IMG/VR virus record: IMGVR_UViG_3300017950_001657
Source: an uncultured virus (IMG/VR IMGVR_UViG_3300017950_001657)
Taxonomy: Duplodnaviria; Heunggongvirae; Uroviricota; Caudoviricetes
DNA: 64,000 bases
Reading direction: 5' to 3' (one strand)
Made by a program: the position numbers and the translations under genes. Below are positions 1-9,695 of the stretch, in pieces; within the stretch, counting starts at the first letter, position 1; each line of letters opens with the position of its first letter. The notes beneath the pieces are model-generated. The model had not been told where the DNA came from and did not search any database. It saw only the letters and a list, made by a program, of their open reading frames with translations.

Positions 1-162
1 CCGGGCACTGGAGGACTAGTACAAGACATTAAAGATTGCCTATCAGCTATACCAGGCATAGGCACTGTAGATGTAGAGCTAGCATTTCATTTGCCGTGGG
101 ATAGAGACATGGTAACAGATGAAGTAAAGGAAAAAATGCGTCTTAACGGCATTCAAATTTGA
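1..162 (+). CDS. Partial (5'-truncated) DUF59/SufT/PaaD-like Fe-S cluster assembly protein
   Basis: Frame 1 is open to TGA at 160-162 and reads ...VDVELAFHLPWDRDMVTDEVKEKM..., resembling the DUF59 C-terminal V.V.L...PPW..DMM.E motif. Not in the ORF track. Confidence 0.6.
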   Translation, partial: PGTGGLVQDIKDCLSAIPGIGTVDVELAFHLPWDRDMVTDEVKEKMRLNGIQI

Positions 163-173
163 GGAGCAGGAAT

Positions 174-449
174 GTGTGGGAAATGATTGAACGTATGGCG
201 AGCGATCGTCTATGGATTTATACAAGTATAGCAGGTAGTATTGCAGGTGCTGCCTGTTTAGCATATCTGAGCACAACAAGAGTAGGCTTATGGGGATATG
301 CAAAGTTTGATAAGATTGTTGATTTCTTAGTAGAACGCTGGGGACTAACCTGGCTAGAGCAACCAGAGGATGCTTGGCGTAAACGCTATCCAAAAATTAC
401 AGCTAAGATAGACGAACTTGAGGAACGCATCAAAAAATTAGAGAAGTAA
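174..449 (+). CDS. Small membrane protein (phage hypothetical)
   Basis: GAGGAG at 161-166 precedes in-frame GTG 174. One TM segment and a C-terminal coiled coil. Confidence 0.7.
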   Translation: MWEMIERMASDRLWIYTSIAGSIAGAACLAYLSTTRVGLWGYAKFDKIVDFLVERWGLTWLEQPEDAWRKRYPKITAKIDELEERIKKLEK

Positions 450-461
450 CAAAACTTTAAC
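444..461 (+). promoter_or_regulatory. Candidate Pho-box/OmpR-type direct repeat
   Basis: AAGTAACAAAACTTTAAC has TAACA at an 11-bp period and lies upstream of a PiT-like transporter. Confidence 0.35.
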
Positions 462-547
462 ACTTTTTCCACACCCTTTTTTGTAAATAAAGTTGAAGCA
501 CGTATACAAATATAGTATACTCAATTATTAGCAGAGGGAGACACACA

Positions 548-1507
548 GTGGAATTAGTTACTTTTTGGATGGCCATAGGATTTCTCATGGCCGCTTACAG
601 TGTTATAGCAAATGACAGTGTACAAACGCTAGGCACTTGGATTGCTAGCAATCACGAACGTTTTAATTATAAAATTCTTTGGGCCGCCTCTTCGGCGGTT
701 CTTTTATGGGCATTGTGGTACGGATGGTACGTCAATGGTGGGGATATTAGTTACGGGCGACTAACTAAAATTCCATTTATTGAGGTGCAATGGTATCATG
801 CAGTAGCACCAGCAGTACTGTTATTAATGACAAGGGTGGGCGTACCAGTTAGTACGTCCTTTTTAGTCTTAAGTGCATTTGCTAGTACGTTTGTATTAGA
901 AAAGATGCTTATGAAATCAATCATGGGCTATGCTATTGCAGCAATCAGTGCATATGCTCTGTGGCACATTGTCAGTAGACTTATTGATGAAAAGAAACCA
1001 ATTGGTGATCACTGGAGTAGACCATACTGGCGTGTAGCACAGTGGGGAACAACAGGGTTGCTATGGTGGACATGGTTAAGTCATGACATGGCTAACATTG
1101 CAGTGTTCTTACCAAGACAGATTCCTGTAGACTTAATGATTGTTATTAGTGTCATCTTTGTTGGCGGGCTAGCATGGATGTTCAAGGAGCGTGGCGGTAA
1201 GATCCAAAACATTGTGTTGGAAAAAAGCACCACACGATATATTAGAAGTGCTACGCTAATTGATCTAGTGTATTTTGTAATTCTCTACTTCTTTAAGGAA
1301 CTTAACAGTATTCCAATGAGCACAACATGGGTATTCGTAGGCTTGTTAACAGGTAGAGAACTTGCTATTGCTACGGTTCATAATACTAAGATGAAGCAGG
1401 TATTCCCGCTGGTAACTAAAGACTTTATTAAAATGATGATTGGTTTAGGTGCTAGTGTAGGTATAGTTTTGTTCATTCATTACCTAGTTGTTCCAAACGG
1501 CTGGTAA
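548..1507 (+). CDS. PiT-like (phosphate/sulfate permease) multi-pass membrane transporter
   Basis: About 9-10 TM helices. Duplicated ANDSVQ/SHDMAN and PVSTS/PMSTT motifs resemble the two PiT repeats. Confidence 0.6.
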   Translation: MELVTFWMAIGFLMAAYSVIANDSVQTLGTWIASNHERFNYKILWAASSAVLLWALWYGWYVNGGDISYGRLTKIPFIEVQWYHAVAPAVLLLMTRVGVPVSTSFLVLSAFASTFVLEKMLMKSIMGYAIAAISAYALWHIVSRLIDEKKPIGDHWSRPYWRVAQWGTTGLLWWTWLSHDMANIAVFLPRQIPVDLMIVISVIFVGGLAWMFKERGGKIQNIVLEKSTTRYIRSATLIDLVYFVILYFFKELNSIPMSTTWVFVGLLTGRELAIATVHNTKMKQVFPLVTKDFIKMMIGLGASVGIVLFIHYLVVPNGW

Positions 1508-2063
1508 TAAGTTCTACTACTCGTTTACTCTGTACGATCTCGTAGTGATTGCGGTCTATTTCTATAAACTGCATATCACTACGAGACATCATACTATCTC
1601 TAGTAACAATACCATCATTCTTCCCCATTATCCAGGGAACACTGCCTACAGTAGTAACAACCTGAGTCCAGGGAATGTTTATTGATATATTTCTACTGTA
1701 TTCTATAAAAGAACTTTCTGGAGTTATATCTCTAAAAAGTTTATAGCCAGGATTCATGAATCTAGCCCAGCTAGCTATTTCACTACCGTTATAAGGAGTA
1801 GCAAGTGTAACCCCACCCTTTACTCGTTCAGGGTATTCATCTAAAATATACAGATTGTATATACCGCCCAGACTGTGGCCTATTAGAAACAACTCGTCAT
1901 CATCATAACTAAGTTCTTCAATAAATCTGTCAATATTATTACTTGCTGTTGAAGTAGAGCTATCATAATTACAAAAATGCGTTCTATCATAATCTATAGA
2001 TTGCTGAATAAACGCAAAACTTCTTTCCGACCCATTGGCTCCGTGTGTGTAAACTATTCTCAT
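1473..2063 (-). CDS. Alpha/beta hydrolase (lipase/esterase-like)
   Basis: HG oxyanion motif, GHSLGG nucleophile elbow, NDGIV and C-terminal His. Start reassigned to MRIVYTHG just downstream of a late promoter. Confidence 0.8.
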   Translation of the reverse strand: MRIVYTHGANGSERSFAFIQQSIDYDRTHFCNYDSSTSTASNNIDRFIEELSYDDDELFLIGHSLGGIYNLYILDEYPERVKGGVTLATPYNGSEIASWARFMNPGYKLFRDITPESSFIEYSRNISINIPWTQVVTTVGSVPWIMGKNDGIVTRDSMMSRSDMQFIEIDRNHYEIVQSKRVVELITSRLEQLGNE

Positions 2064-2068
2064 ATGAA

Positions 2069-2080
2069 TATTTATAAATA
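2069..2080. promoter_or_regulatory. Bidirectional T4-type late promoter (palindrome TATTTATAAATA)
   Basis: TATAAATA on + (2073-2080) and on - (2076-2069), between divergent genes. Confidence 0.75.
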
Positions 2081-2109
2081 CACAAAATAAGCAATCGAGG
2101 AGAGTAGAT

Positions 2110-2445
2110 ATGGCAGACGGAGCAGAACCAATTAGACGCAAGATTGAATTAGAAGTAGAATTAGATACTAGTGAAAAAGTAGTATTACCAAACAAGTATC
2201 AGAACATTATTGATCTTGCTAAAGCAGTAGACGCTTGGAGAATTTTCCCAAGACTATTCCTAACAGTGTACATTATTTTATTGTACAAAACTGTGATTTG
2301 GTTTATGGCACTTGAAGATCCAAACATGAATCAAGCAGGACTTATCTCAGTAGTAGTAGGTGCTGGCGCAGCATGGTTTGGTTTATATACAGGCAGCAGT
2401 AAAAAGTTTGATGGCCCTGCTCCAACTGCTCCTGCTAAAAAATAA
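2110..2445 (+). CDS. Two-TM membrane protein, possibly holin-like
   Basis: DAWRIFPR followed by two hydrophobic helices. Late promoter and GGAG upstream. Confidence 0.55.
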   Translation: MADGAEPIRRKIELEVELDTSEKVVLPNKYQNIIDLAKAVDAWRIFPRLFLTVYIILLYKTVIWFMALEDPNMNQAGLISVVVGAGAAWFGLYTGSSKKFDGPAPTAPAKK

Positions 2446-2451
2446 TAGCAG

Positions 2452-2479
2452 TTGACAATATAATTCATTAATGTATAAT
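2452..2479 (+). promoter_or_regulatory. Sigma70-type promoter, likely producing a leaderless dnaJ mRNA
   Basis: TTGACA-N16-TATAAT; the ATG lies 7 nt after the -10 and there is no SD. Confidence 0.7.
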
Positions 2480-2486
2480 TACATGT

Positions 2487-3341
2487 ATGGATTACTATGA
2501 AACTTTAGGTGTAAAGCCCACCGCCACTGATGATGAGATCAAGAGTGCCTTTAGATTAAAAGCAAAGGAGTATCATCCTGATCGTGGCGGTGATAAGGCT
2601 AAGTTTCAGCAAATTAATGAAGCTTATGATACACTAAAGGATAATAGTAAACGAAAGCAATATGATTATACACGCAGTGGTGCAAGACATAACAATTTCC
2701 ACTTTAACATAAATGGACAGGACTTTAGTGGTGATCAATTTGGAGATGTCTTCGCTGACTTACACAGTGTATTTGGAGATCGTTTCGGATTTAGAAAAGC
2801 CAGACACCCAGGTCGTAATAAAGATCTCAATGTAACAGTTGAACTAGAATTACGAGATTTAATTAATATAGTAAAAAAGACTTTAAGTATAAGACACACT
2901 ACCGGTGAACGGAAACTTGTAGACATTACGCTACCTCCTGGTGCAGAAAATAATACAACAATGCGCTACAGAGGTTTAGGCGATAGTGCTATACCTAATT
3001 TGCCGCCTGGTGATCTATTTGTGGGTGTAAGAATTAACCCCGAGCGAAACTTCGTTGCTCAAGGATTTAATCTTATGACAACTGCTACTATTGATGCCTT
3101 TATGGCAATGGTAGGTGGCAAGATATTAGTAAAAACAATCGATGGTAAAAATATAAGTTTAACAATACCAGAAGGTACACAGTACGGAACTGTAATGAGT
3201 GTGCCGGGATATGGATTACTTGATAAGTCAGGAATACGAGCAAATATGCTTGTACAGATATTAGTTAAAATTCCTGAGAACCTAACTCAGGATCGGTTAA
3301 ATACAATTAGAAGAATGATGGGAGTTAACATTGAAGTTTAG
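2487..3341 (+). CDS. dnaJ: DnaJ/CbpA-class co-chaperone
   Basis: N-terminal J domain with HPD, G/F-rich linker, DnaJ C-terminal domain, no zinc finger. Confidence 0.9.
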   Translation: MDYYETLGVKPTATDDEIKSAFRLKAKEYHPDRGGDKAKFQQINEAYDTLKDNSKRKQYDYTRSGARHNNFHFNINGQDFSGDQFGDVFADLHSVFGDRFGFRKARHPGRNKDLNVTVELELRDLINIVKKTLSIRHTTGERKLVDITLPPGAENNTTMRYRGLGDSAIPNLPPGDLFVGVRINPERNFVAQGFNLMTTATIDAFMAMVGGKILVKTIDGKNISLTIPEGTQYGTVMSVPGYGLLDKSGIRANMLVQILVKIPENLTQDRLNTIRRMMGVNIEV

Positions 3342-5616
3342 TAAAGACATAGAAAAAATTGTTGAGGCAGCTACCAACTACGCATTTGCTAACAAAAGCA
3401 AATATGTTATGAGCGAACATCTACTATTGGCTTTACTTGATAATAAAAATTTTTACAAAATATTAGTTGAGTATGGCATTGAAGCAGAAGCATTCCATAA
3501 TGACGTCAAAGACTATGTAGCAAATAAAATCATAAAGCAGCATGGACTTGTACCTAACGCCATTATAAAAACTCAGGTTATAGAACGTATATTTAACCGC
3601 GCCTACACACAAGTATTGTTTAGTGGCAGAGATAAACTAACATCTTTCGACCTCTTTATTAGCATAATGGGTGAGAATAACACCCATAGCAATTACTTTA
3701 TTATGAAGTATGGCGTTAGTAAAGAAGAATTTATTACATTTGTACAAAACTATTTGAGTAAAGCACAAAACAATGCTGAGAAACGCAACTATTATGCTAA
3801 TGTACTAGAGGAATATTGTACTAATCTAAATGTACTTGCTAAAGACAACAAGATTGATCCTGTAATTGGCAGAGAAGATGAGCTAGATGAGATTTGTCAG
3901 ACTTTTGCTAAACGCAATAAGAGCAATGTTTTGCTTGTGGGTGATCCTGGTGTAGGTAAAACAGCAATTGCTGAGGGACTTGCCAAACGTGTTGTGGATG
4001 GGCAGGTACCCAAATATCTCAAAGGATATAAAGTTTTTAATCTTGAGGTAGGAACATTACTTGCTGGTACACAGTATAGAGGCCAGTTTGAAGAGCGAGT
4101 TAAGGAAGTTATCGAGGCTCTAACTGAAACAGAGAAATGTATTCTGTTTATTGACGAAGCTCATACAATGGCAGGAGCCGGTGCTGGCGGAAATGGCGGT
4201 ACTGACTTTGCCAATATGCTGAAGCCTGCATTGGGCAAAGGAAAACTTAAAGTTATAGCCAGTACTACCTGGGAAGAATATACCAAGAGCTTTGAAAAAG
4301 ACCGCGCACTAATGCGCCGCTTCTATCGTATTACTGTGGATGAACCCACAGCAGAAGTTGCCAAAAAAATATTGCTGGCAACGAAACCCTACTATGAAAA
4401 GTTCCATTCAGCCACTATTATGCCGGAAGCAATCATCAGCGCAGTTGATTTGAGTATTCGTTATCAGGCTGATAAAAGATTACCAGATAAGGCATTTGAT
4501 TTAGTAGATAGTGCTTGTGCTAGACAGCGCAGATTGGAAGTAATAAATCCGGTTATTACAAAAGACAGTATTAAGCTAGAAATTAGCAAGAGTACTAATA
4601 TTCCACTGGACAGTTTGGAAACCAAAGATGCTCCCATAACAAATGTTATGGAGATCGAGGATAAGATTAAAGCTAAACTGTATGGACAGGATAGTGCTGT
4701 AGAAACTGTGATGGAACATGTTTATGTTAGCAAGGCTGGGCTTAGTGCTAGTGATAAACCAGTGGGTAGTTTTGTGTTTATTGGACCTACTGGTACTGGT
4801 AAGACTGAACTTGCTAAACAACTTGCTGAAAATTTAAGCATGAAACTACTGCGCTATGACATGAGCGAATATCAGGAAAAACACAGTGTTGCTCGTTTTA
4901 TTGGTGCTCCCCCGGGATATGTGGGCTATGAGGACAGTAATTTGAGTGGTGGGTTGTTGATTAAAGATATCGAACGCAAACCACATAGTGTTATCCTGTT
5001 TGACGAAATCGAGAAGGCACATCCTGATGTAAGCAATGTTCTGTTACAGATGCTAGACGAGGGATATATCACAAGCAGTAATGGCAAACGAGCAGATGCT
5101 CGAAACTGTATCATAATTATGACTACCAACCTGGGTGCTGAAATGGCCGAACGTAATACTATTGGTTTTGGTAGTCTGGAAAGAACTGGCGAGGAAGAAG
5201 CAGCCTTTAAGGAATTCTTCCGTCCGGAGTTCCGTAATCGTATATCAGGTGTTTGTAAGTTCAACAAGCTAGACGATCTGAGCAAGCGCAAGGTTGTTAT
5301 GAAGTTTATCAAATCTCTTGAAGCACAGTTACAAGAAAAAAGTATTCGTATTATTGTAAATGAACAAGCAATTGACAAGCTCATTGAGATTGGTTACGAT
5401 GACAAAATGGGAGCAAGGCCCTTGGATAGGTGTATCAACAAATACTTGCGAGTACCTATTAGTAGACAAATATTGGTTGACAAAAACTTATCTAATAGTA
5501 AAATAAAGATAGGAGTTGAGGGTTCAAACTTTATCATAATATTTAGGAACAGTAATGTCGACACAACCAAAGAAGACCCATCCGCCGGAAGTACAAGAAT
5601 TAGCGTCCCAGTATAA
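3331..5616 (+). CDS. clpA: ClpA-type Hsp100 AAA+ chaperone
   Basis: Clp N-domain, two Walker A motifs ([16 protein letters not shown]), Walker B motifs, IGF loop, no ClpB M-domain. Confidence 0.9.
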   Translation: MKFSKDIEKIVEAATNYAFANKSKYVMSEHLLLALLDNKNFYKILVEYGIEAEAFHNDVKDYVANKIIKQHGLVPNAIIKTQVIERIFNRAYTQVLFSGRDKLTSFDLFISIMGENNTHSNYFIMKYGVSKEEFITFVQNYLSKAQNNAEKRNYYANVLEEYCTNLNVLAKDNKIDPVIGREDELDEICQTFAKRNKSNVLLVGDPGVGKTAIAEGLAKRVVDGQVPKYLKGYKVFNLEVGTLLAGTQYRGQFEERVKEVIEALTETEKCILFIDEAHTMAGAGAGGNGGTDFANMLKPALGKGKLKVIASTTWEEYTKSFEKDRALMRRFYRITVDEPTAEVAKKILLATKPYYEKFHSATIMPEAIISAVDLSIRYQADKRLPDKAFDLVDSACARQRRLEVINPVITKDSIKLEISKSTNIPLDSLETKDAPITNVMEIEDKIKAKLYGQDSAVETVMEHVYVSKAGLSASDKPVGSFVFIGPTGTGKTELAKQLAENLSMKLLRYDMSEYQEKHSVARFIGAPPGYVGYEDSNLSGGLLIKDIERKPHSVILFDEIEKAHPDVSNVLLQMLDEGYITSSNGKRADARNCIIIMTTNLGAEMAERNTIGFGSLERTGEEEAAFKEFFRPEFRNRISGVCKFNKLDDLSKRKVVMKFIKSLEAQLQEKSIRIIVNEQAIDKLIEIGYDDKMGARPLDRCINKYLRVPISRQILVDKNLSNSKIKIGVEGSNFIIIFRNSNVDTTKEDPSAGSTRISVPV

Positions 5617-6196
5617 AGTATCTGTCAAACTAAGTGATAGAAAATTCTATGGCAAGTACCAGTACAGGTTTACCTACTGGTTTTTAAAAAACAATGGTTA
5701 TGCTAGCTACTTACAGACGATATGTTTAATTAGAGATCAAGCAGTAGCAAATGGTTTAGATATCAAGGCAAGACACGAAGGTCGATATGGTAATTTCTAT
5801 ACAAATGACCTAGAACATTGCAATGTAATCACAAGCTGGCTAGGAGAAAATACTAGACTGTCTGAAATAGCATATAGTTTGGACATTACTAAAAATACTA
5901 GAATTAGAAAAACTAATTTGCCGTTCGGTGGATGTAGATGGCAGATAGAGTTAACGAATGTTAATACACCTGAAAAGTTCCAGAATATTCTCCAGTTTTA
6001 TAATAACTATCAGTCTGACATAGTGCCCAATAAAACATTTAATAAATCAATCGATAGTCAAAGATTTTATAGGTGGTATCCAGGGTCATTATACTTTCTA
6101 AAAGAAGAGATCCTACAACTGTTTTGCCTGAGTCATCCGGATTCAGTTAGCAAAATTATTGAATACAAACTACTATCCGAAATGGAAAACGTCTAA
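5555..6196 (+). CDS. Hypothetical protein
   Basis: 213-aa ORF tiling the operon. Confidence 0.65.
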   Translation: MSTQPKKTHPPEVQELASQYKVSVKLSDRKFYGKYQYRFTYWFLKNNGYASYLQTICLIRDQAVANGLDIKARHEGRYGNFYTNDLEHCNVITSWLGENTRLSEIAYSLDITKNTRIRKTNLPFGGCRWQIELTNVNTPEKFQNILQFYNNYQSDIVPNKTFNKSIDSQRFYRWYPGSLYFLKEEILQLFCLSHPDSVSKIIEYKLLSEMENV

Positions 6197-6462
6197 TGGA
6201 AAAACTATTTGCTACACTGATCGAACGCAATTTAATTAATACTAACACTGTAGTAACGGCAACATTGCCTACTGTGATTTTTGGTGGTGCTGTAGTTGAT
6301 AAGCGCAGGGAACTACACTGGAACTCAAAGATTCCCTGTGATAGTATTCATGAAATCGAAGGCATGGACCCAGTTAGGTATGCTCGTAGTTATGATATTA
6401 AGCCTGATGGCAGTGTCAAAACCTATAAGAGACGAGGTCGTAAACCAAAAGTAACAGCATAA
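6196..6462 (+). CDS. Hypothetical protein with basic C-terminus (RRGRKPK, AT-hook-like)
   Basis: TAATG-coupled ORF. Confidence 0.65.
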   Translation: MEKLFATLIERNLINTNTVVTATLPTVIFGGAVVDKRRELHWNSKIPCDSIHEIEGMDPVRYARSYDIKPDGSVKTYKRRGRKPKVTA

Positions 6463-6485
6463 ATACTCTATATAGGAGTATTACT

Positions 6486-6650
6486 ATGGCTAAACTCAAT
6501 GAAGAAATGGTAGTCATTAAAATCAGCAAGCTCTTAAGAGACGACGAAACAGTTAGTACTATGCTTGATGATGAAATGAGTGCCAGTCTAGAAGCAGTAA
6601 TTCAGGAACTAGCAGGGTCAGACAAGCTCGTAGAAGTGATTAAAGAATAA
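6486..6650 (+). CDS. Small hypothetical late protein (54 aa)
   Basis: Not in the ORF track. CATAAATA and AGGAG upstream; MAKLNEEMVVIKISKLL...; TAATG-coupled to the next gene. Confidence 0.75.
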   Translation: MAKLNEEMVVIKISKLLRDDETVSTMLDDEMSASLEAVIQELAGSDKLVEVIKE

Positions 6651-7024
6651 TGTCAGCAACAACCACTATCACCCTATTGACAACTACTTCACATGGAACC
6701 GCTGTGGGTAACTATGATGGTTCAAGTGAGAGTTTTAGTAGTGACAAAGTAAAGGGTGATGGTTATTACGGCTTTGCTGACGGGGTTCACACTGTACAAA
6801 CTCGTGTAACTAACTTTGTTGGCACTATTAAAGTTCAGGCTACACTGGCAACTACGCCAACAAGTACTGACTGGTCAGATATTAGTAATATTATTACTAG
6901 TGATGGTAGTACAGCAGTGACTAGTGGATACATGACCAACTTCACTGGAAATTATGTTTGGGTACGTATTAGTGTAAGTAGTTTTACATCGGGTACTATT
7001 AACTTAGTACAAATGGGCCACTAG
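6650..7024 (+). CDS. Ser/Thr/Gly-rich beta protein, probably structural
   Basis: Composition, late context and the GNYVWVR motif. Confidence 0.55.
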   Translation: MSATTTITLLTTTSHGTAVGNYDGSSESFSSDKVKGDGYYGFADGVHTVQTRVTNFVGTIKVQATLATTPTSTDWSDISNIITSDGSTAVTSGYMTNFTGNYVWVRISVSSFTSGTINLVQMGH

Positions 7025-7032
7025 GAACACTA

Positions 7033-7320
7033 ATGTTATCAGATAAGTTTATACGGATAACATTGCCTAGGCCACTAACAGTAAGTGAACAAACTCTACT
7101 GGGTTTGCTTGTTAACAATCATATTAACGAAAACTTGTATACTGAGTTACAGGAAGGCGTTGGTGATATTTTTACCGGCACCATTTTCGAAACAGAACTA
7201 GGACATTCAATTGAATTCGCCCTTAACCAGGATCTAGACGATACATCAGCAGATAGTATTGTTGAAGAAGTTTTTAATTACTTTAAAGACTGCGATGTTG
7301 AGGTAAGCGGCGGCAAATAA
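7033..7320 (+). CDS. Hypothetical acidic protein
   Basis: AGGA SD, 95 aa. Confidence 0.65.
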   Translation: MLSDKFIRITLPRPLTVSEQTLLGLLVNNHINENLYTELQEGVGDIFTGTIFETELGHSIEFALNQDLDDTSADSIVEEVFNYFKDCDVEVSGGK

Positions 7321-7329
7321 AAGGTCGTT

Positions 7330-8529
7330 ATGATTACATGGTTATTTGACCATCGCACAGATTATGGATATATACCCAATCTTGTCAAGGACCTATCACT
7401 TAGGCCTAAAACTAATGCTTGGCATGATTTATGTATACAAAAACCCTACAGCTATGAATTCCGCTTTTTAAAATACTGTGATCTGGATAAGGTACAGTAC
7501 AACTGTGCTCTAGTATCAGAGGACTGGTCTGGGCCGGCTTACTATCCCATCAACTTAAATTTTTATGATCCTGAGATAGATTACTTTTCTTTAATGGAAC
7601 CTGAAAGTTTAGCAAAACTAAAAGCAGGTGAGTTTAGAGTTTTATTTTACTATAGTGAGGGCGATGATCCTAAAATTGATATAGTACCCAGTCTTATAAA
7701 GTTGTGTAAACGGCATGATCTAACTTTTAATGATATTAGATTTGTACTGGCAAACTGGTCAATTCACGACAAACCTCCGTTTATATACTTTCCAGATGAT
7801 GAATTATACTATAGGTATCTTCATTCTTACAATAGCAATTTTGTTAGAGATATTAATCTAGCCCCAAGAAGTAAAAAAACAACCTGTTTAATCCGAGCTG
7901 ACAAACTCTGGCGCAGAGTATTTGGTAGTATATTCGTAGATCTTGGATTACATACTGACAGTTATTTTAGTTACACTGGTTACAAATACGAAACAAGTAG
8001 TATAGATGAGGAAAAGCTATCTGACTGGGAAGCAATTGATGATGAGTTATTAATTACATTATGTAGGTTTGAATTAGGAATACCCTACAAGGCTGACGCA
8101 AACACAGATCAGGAACACAACAACCATAAACTTATTGACAGAAAGTTCTTTAATGACAGTTACTGGAACATAGTTGTAGAAACACATTTTCGTCAGAATA
8201 CAATATTCCTGACAGAAAAGACATTTAAGCCTATACTAAACTTACAGCCTTTCTGCATTGTTGGTAACCCTGGAAGTTTACGATTATTAAAGCATCTTGG
8301 ATATAAAACATTTGGGAATATTATTAACGAAGAATATGACGAGATAGATGATCCAGAAGCTCGCATGAAAGAAATGCTAGAAATAGCTTACAGCATACAT
8401 AATAGAAATCACCTCGAACTTCAAAATATTACAGCAGCTATTGTTGATGTATTAAAACACAATCAGGAAAATTTCCTAAGACCTAAAACAAGTAGAATAC
8501 AAAACCTACTAAATCAATTGGAATATTAA
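7330..8529 (+). CDS. GT10 (fucosyltransferase)-like glycosyltransferase family protein
   Basis: C-terminal VVET...FLTEKTFKPI...PFCIVG motif shared with two paralogs in the window. Confidence 0.5.
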   Translation: MITWLFDHRTDYGYIPNLVKDLSLRPKTNAWHDLCIQKPYSYEFRFLKYCDLDKVQYNCALVSEDWSGPAYYPINLNFYDPEIDYFSLMEPESLAKLKAGEFRVLFYYSEGDDPKIDIVPSLIKLCKRHDLTFNDIRFVLANWSIHDKPPFIYFPDDELYYRYLHSYNSNFVRDINLAPRSKKTTCLIRADKLWRRVFGSIFVDLGLHTDSYFSYTGYKYETSSIDEEKLSDWEAIDDELLITLCRFELGIPYKADANTDQEHNNHKLIDRKFFNDSYWNIVVETHFRQNTIFLTEKTFKPILNLQPFCIVGNPGSLRLLKHLGYKTFGNIINEEYDEIDDPEARMKEMLEIAYSIHNRNHLELQNITAAIVDVLKHNQENFLRPKTSRIQNLLNQLEY

Positions 8530-9243
8530 ATGTCAGAAGAATTAGAACAATCTATAGATACAGTACACTTTTGTACACCCTGTTATGGTGGACAAATAAG
8601 CGAAGTCACATTTAGCAGTTACTTGCGATTTACCGTCTTCGCAATGCAGACTGGCGTTAACTTCATGGTAGATACTCTTAGCAATGAGAGTAACATCAAT
8701 CGCGGACGTAATAGTTTAGTTGCTAAGTTTCTGCGTAATAAATGTTCTCACCTCATGTTTGTTGATAGCGATATCCAGTTTAATAACATGGATATTTTAA
8801 AACTATTGGGTGCTAATAAAGATGTAATTGGTGGTATATATCCACAAAAAGTTATTCCCACCAAGTATGTTGTAAACAGACTACCAGATGCAGAGCCAGA
8901 AGGGCGTGATGGTGAGATAATTGAAGTGGATACACTGGGTACTGGGTTTTTACTTATTAAGCGTAGTGTATTTGAAAGGATGATTACTGAAGGTGTAGCA
9001 CAAAAGTATCATGATAATATTGGTTTAGGTGCTGAATTTGATGATTATACTTACAACTTCTTTCCAACACAGATTGGTGATGATGGATACTATTTGACTG
9101 AGGACTGGGCGTTCTGCCGCAACTGGCGTAAAATGGGTGGACAAATATTTGCAGATACTAGTATCAATCTAACGCATGTGGGCTATCATAGATTTGCTGG
9201 AGATACTGAAATATTAAAGGAAACAATTAATGGAAACAGTTAA
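8530..9243 (+). CDS. GT-A fold (GT2-like) glycosyltransferase
   Basis: TPCYGG, FVDSD (DxD), GTGFLLI and EDWAFC motifs. Confidence 0.75.
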   Translation: MSEELEQSIDTVHFCTPCYGGQISEVTFSSYLRFTVFAMQTGVNFMVDTLSNESNINRGRNSLVAKFLRNKCSHLMFVDSDIQFNNMDILKLLGANKDVIGGIYPQKVIPTKYVVNRLPDAEPEGRDGEIIEVDTLGTGFLLIKRSVFERMITEGVAQKYHDNIGLGAEFDDYTYNFFPTQIGDDGYYLTEDWAFCRNWRKMGGQIFADTSINLTHVGYHRFAGDTEILKETINGNS

Positions 9244-9688
9244 TTTAAAGTTAGTATTAACAGGAACAGGTTGGGAAGATCACTGGCCAAGCTGTAGAGT
9301 ATCTGTCAATGACACTGAATTCTACAACAATGAGATTATTGGCGAGCAGACAGTTGAGTTTGATTTAGATTTACAAGATGATAGTGAAAATGTTTTAAAA
9401 GTAGAATACTATAACTTAGACTTCCGTAAAGATATAGTACTAAATGACTCAGGCGAACAAATTAAAAGCAAATATGTTACAATTAATAAGTTATTTGTTG
9501 ACGACATAGATTGTTGTAATATTCCCTACGATTTAAGCGAAGTATATGTAAATGACGGTTGGTATACAAAACAGGATCCACAAGATTTTCCCAATCCACG
9601 TAAGAATGAAATGCAATTAAGCTGGAATAGCACCTGGTGTTTAAAGTTTAATAGTCCAGTCTATCTGTGGTTATTAGAAAACTTATAA
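9230..9688 (+). CDS. Hypothetical protein
   Basis: 152-aa ORF coupled to the upstream gene. Confidence 0.7.
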   Translation: METVNLKLVLTGTGWEDHWPSCRVSVNDTEFYNNEIIGEQTVEFDLDLQDDSENVLKVEYYNLDFRKDIVLNDSGEQIKSKYVTINKLFVDDIDCCNIPYDLSEVYVNDGWYTKQDPQDFPNPRKNEMQLSWNSTWCLKFNSPVYLWLLENL

Positions 9689-9691
9689 ATA
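9684..9691 (+). promoter_or_regulatory. T4-type late promoter
   Basis: TATAAATA 4 nt before ATG 9696. Confidence 0.7.
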
Positions 9692-9695
9692 TGGT

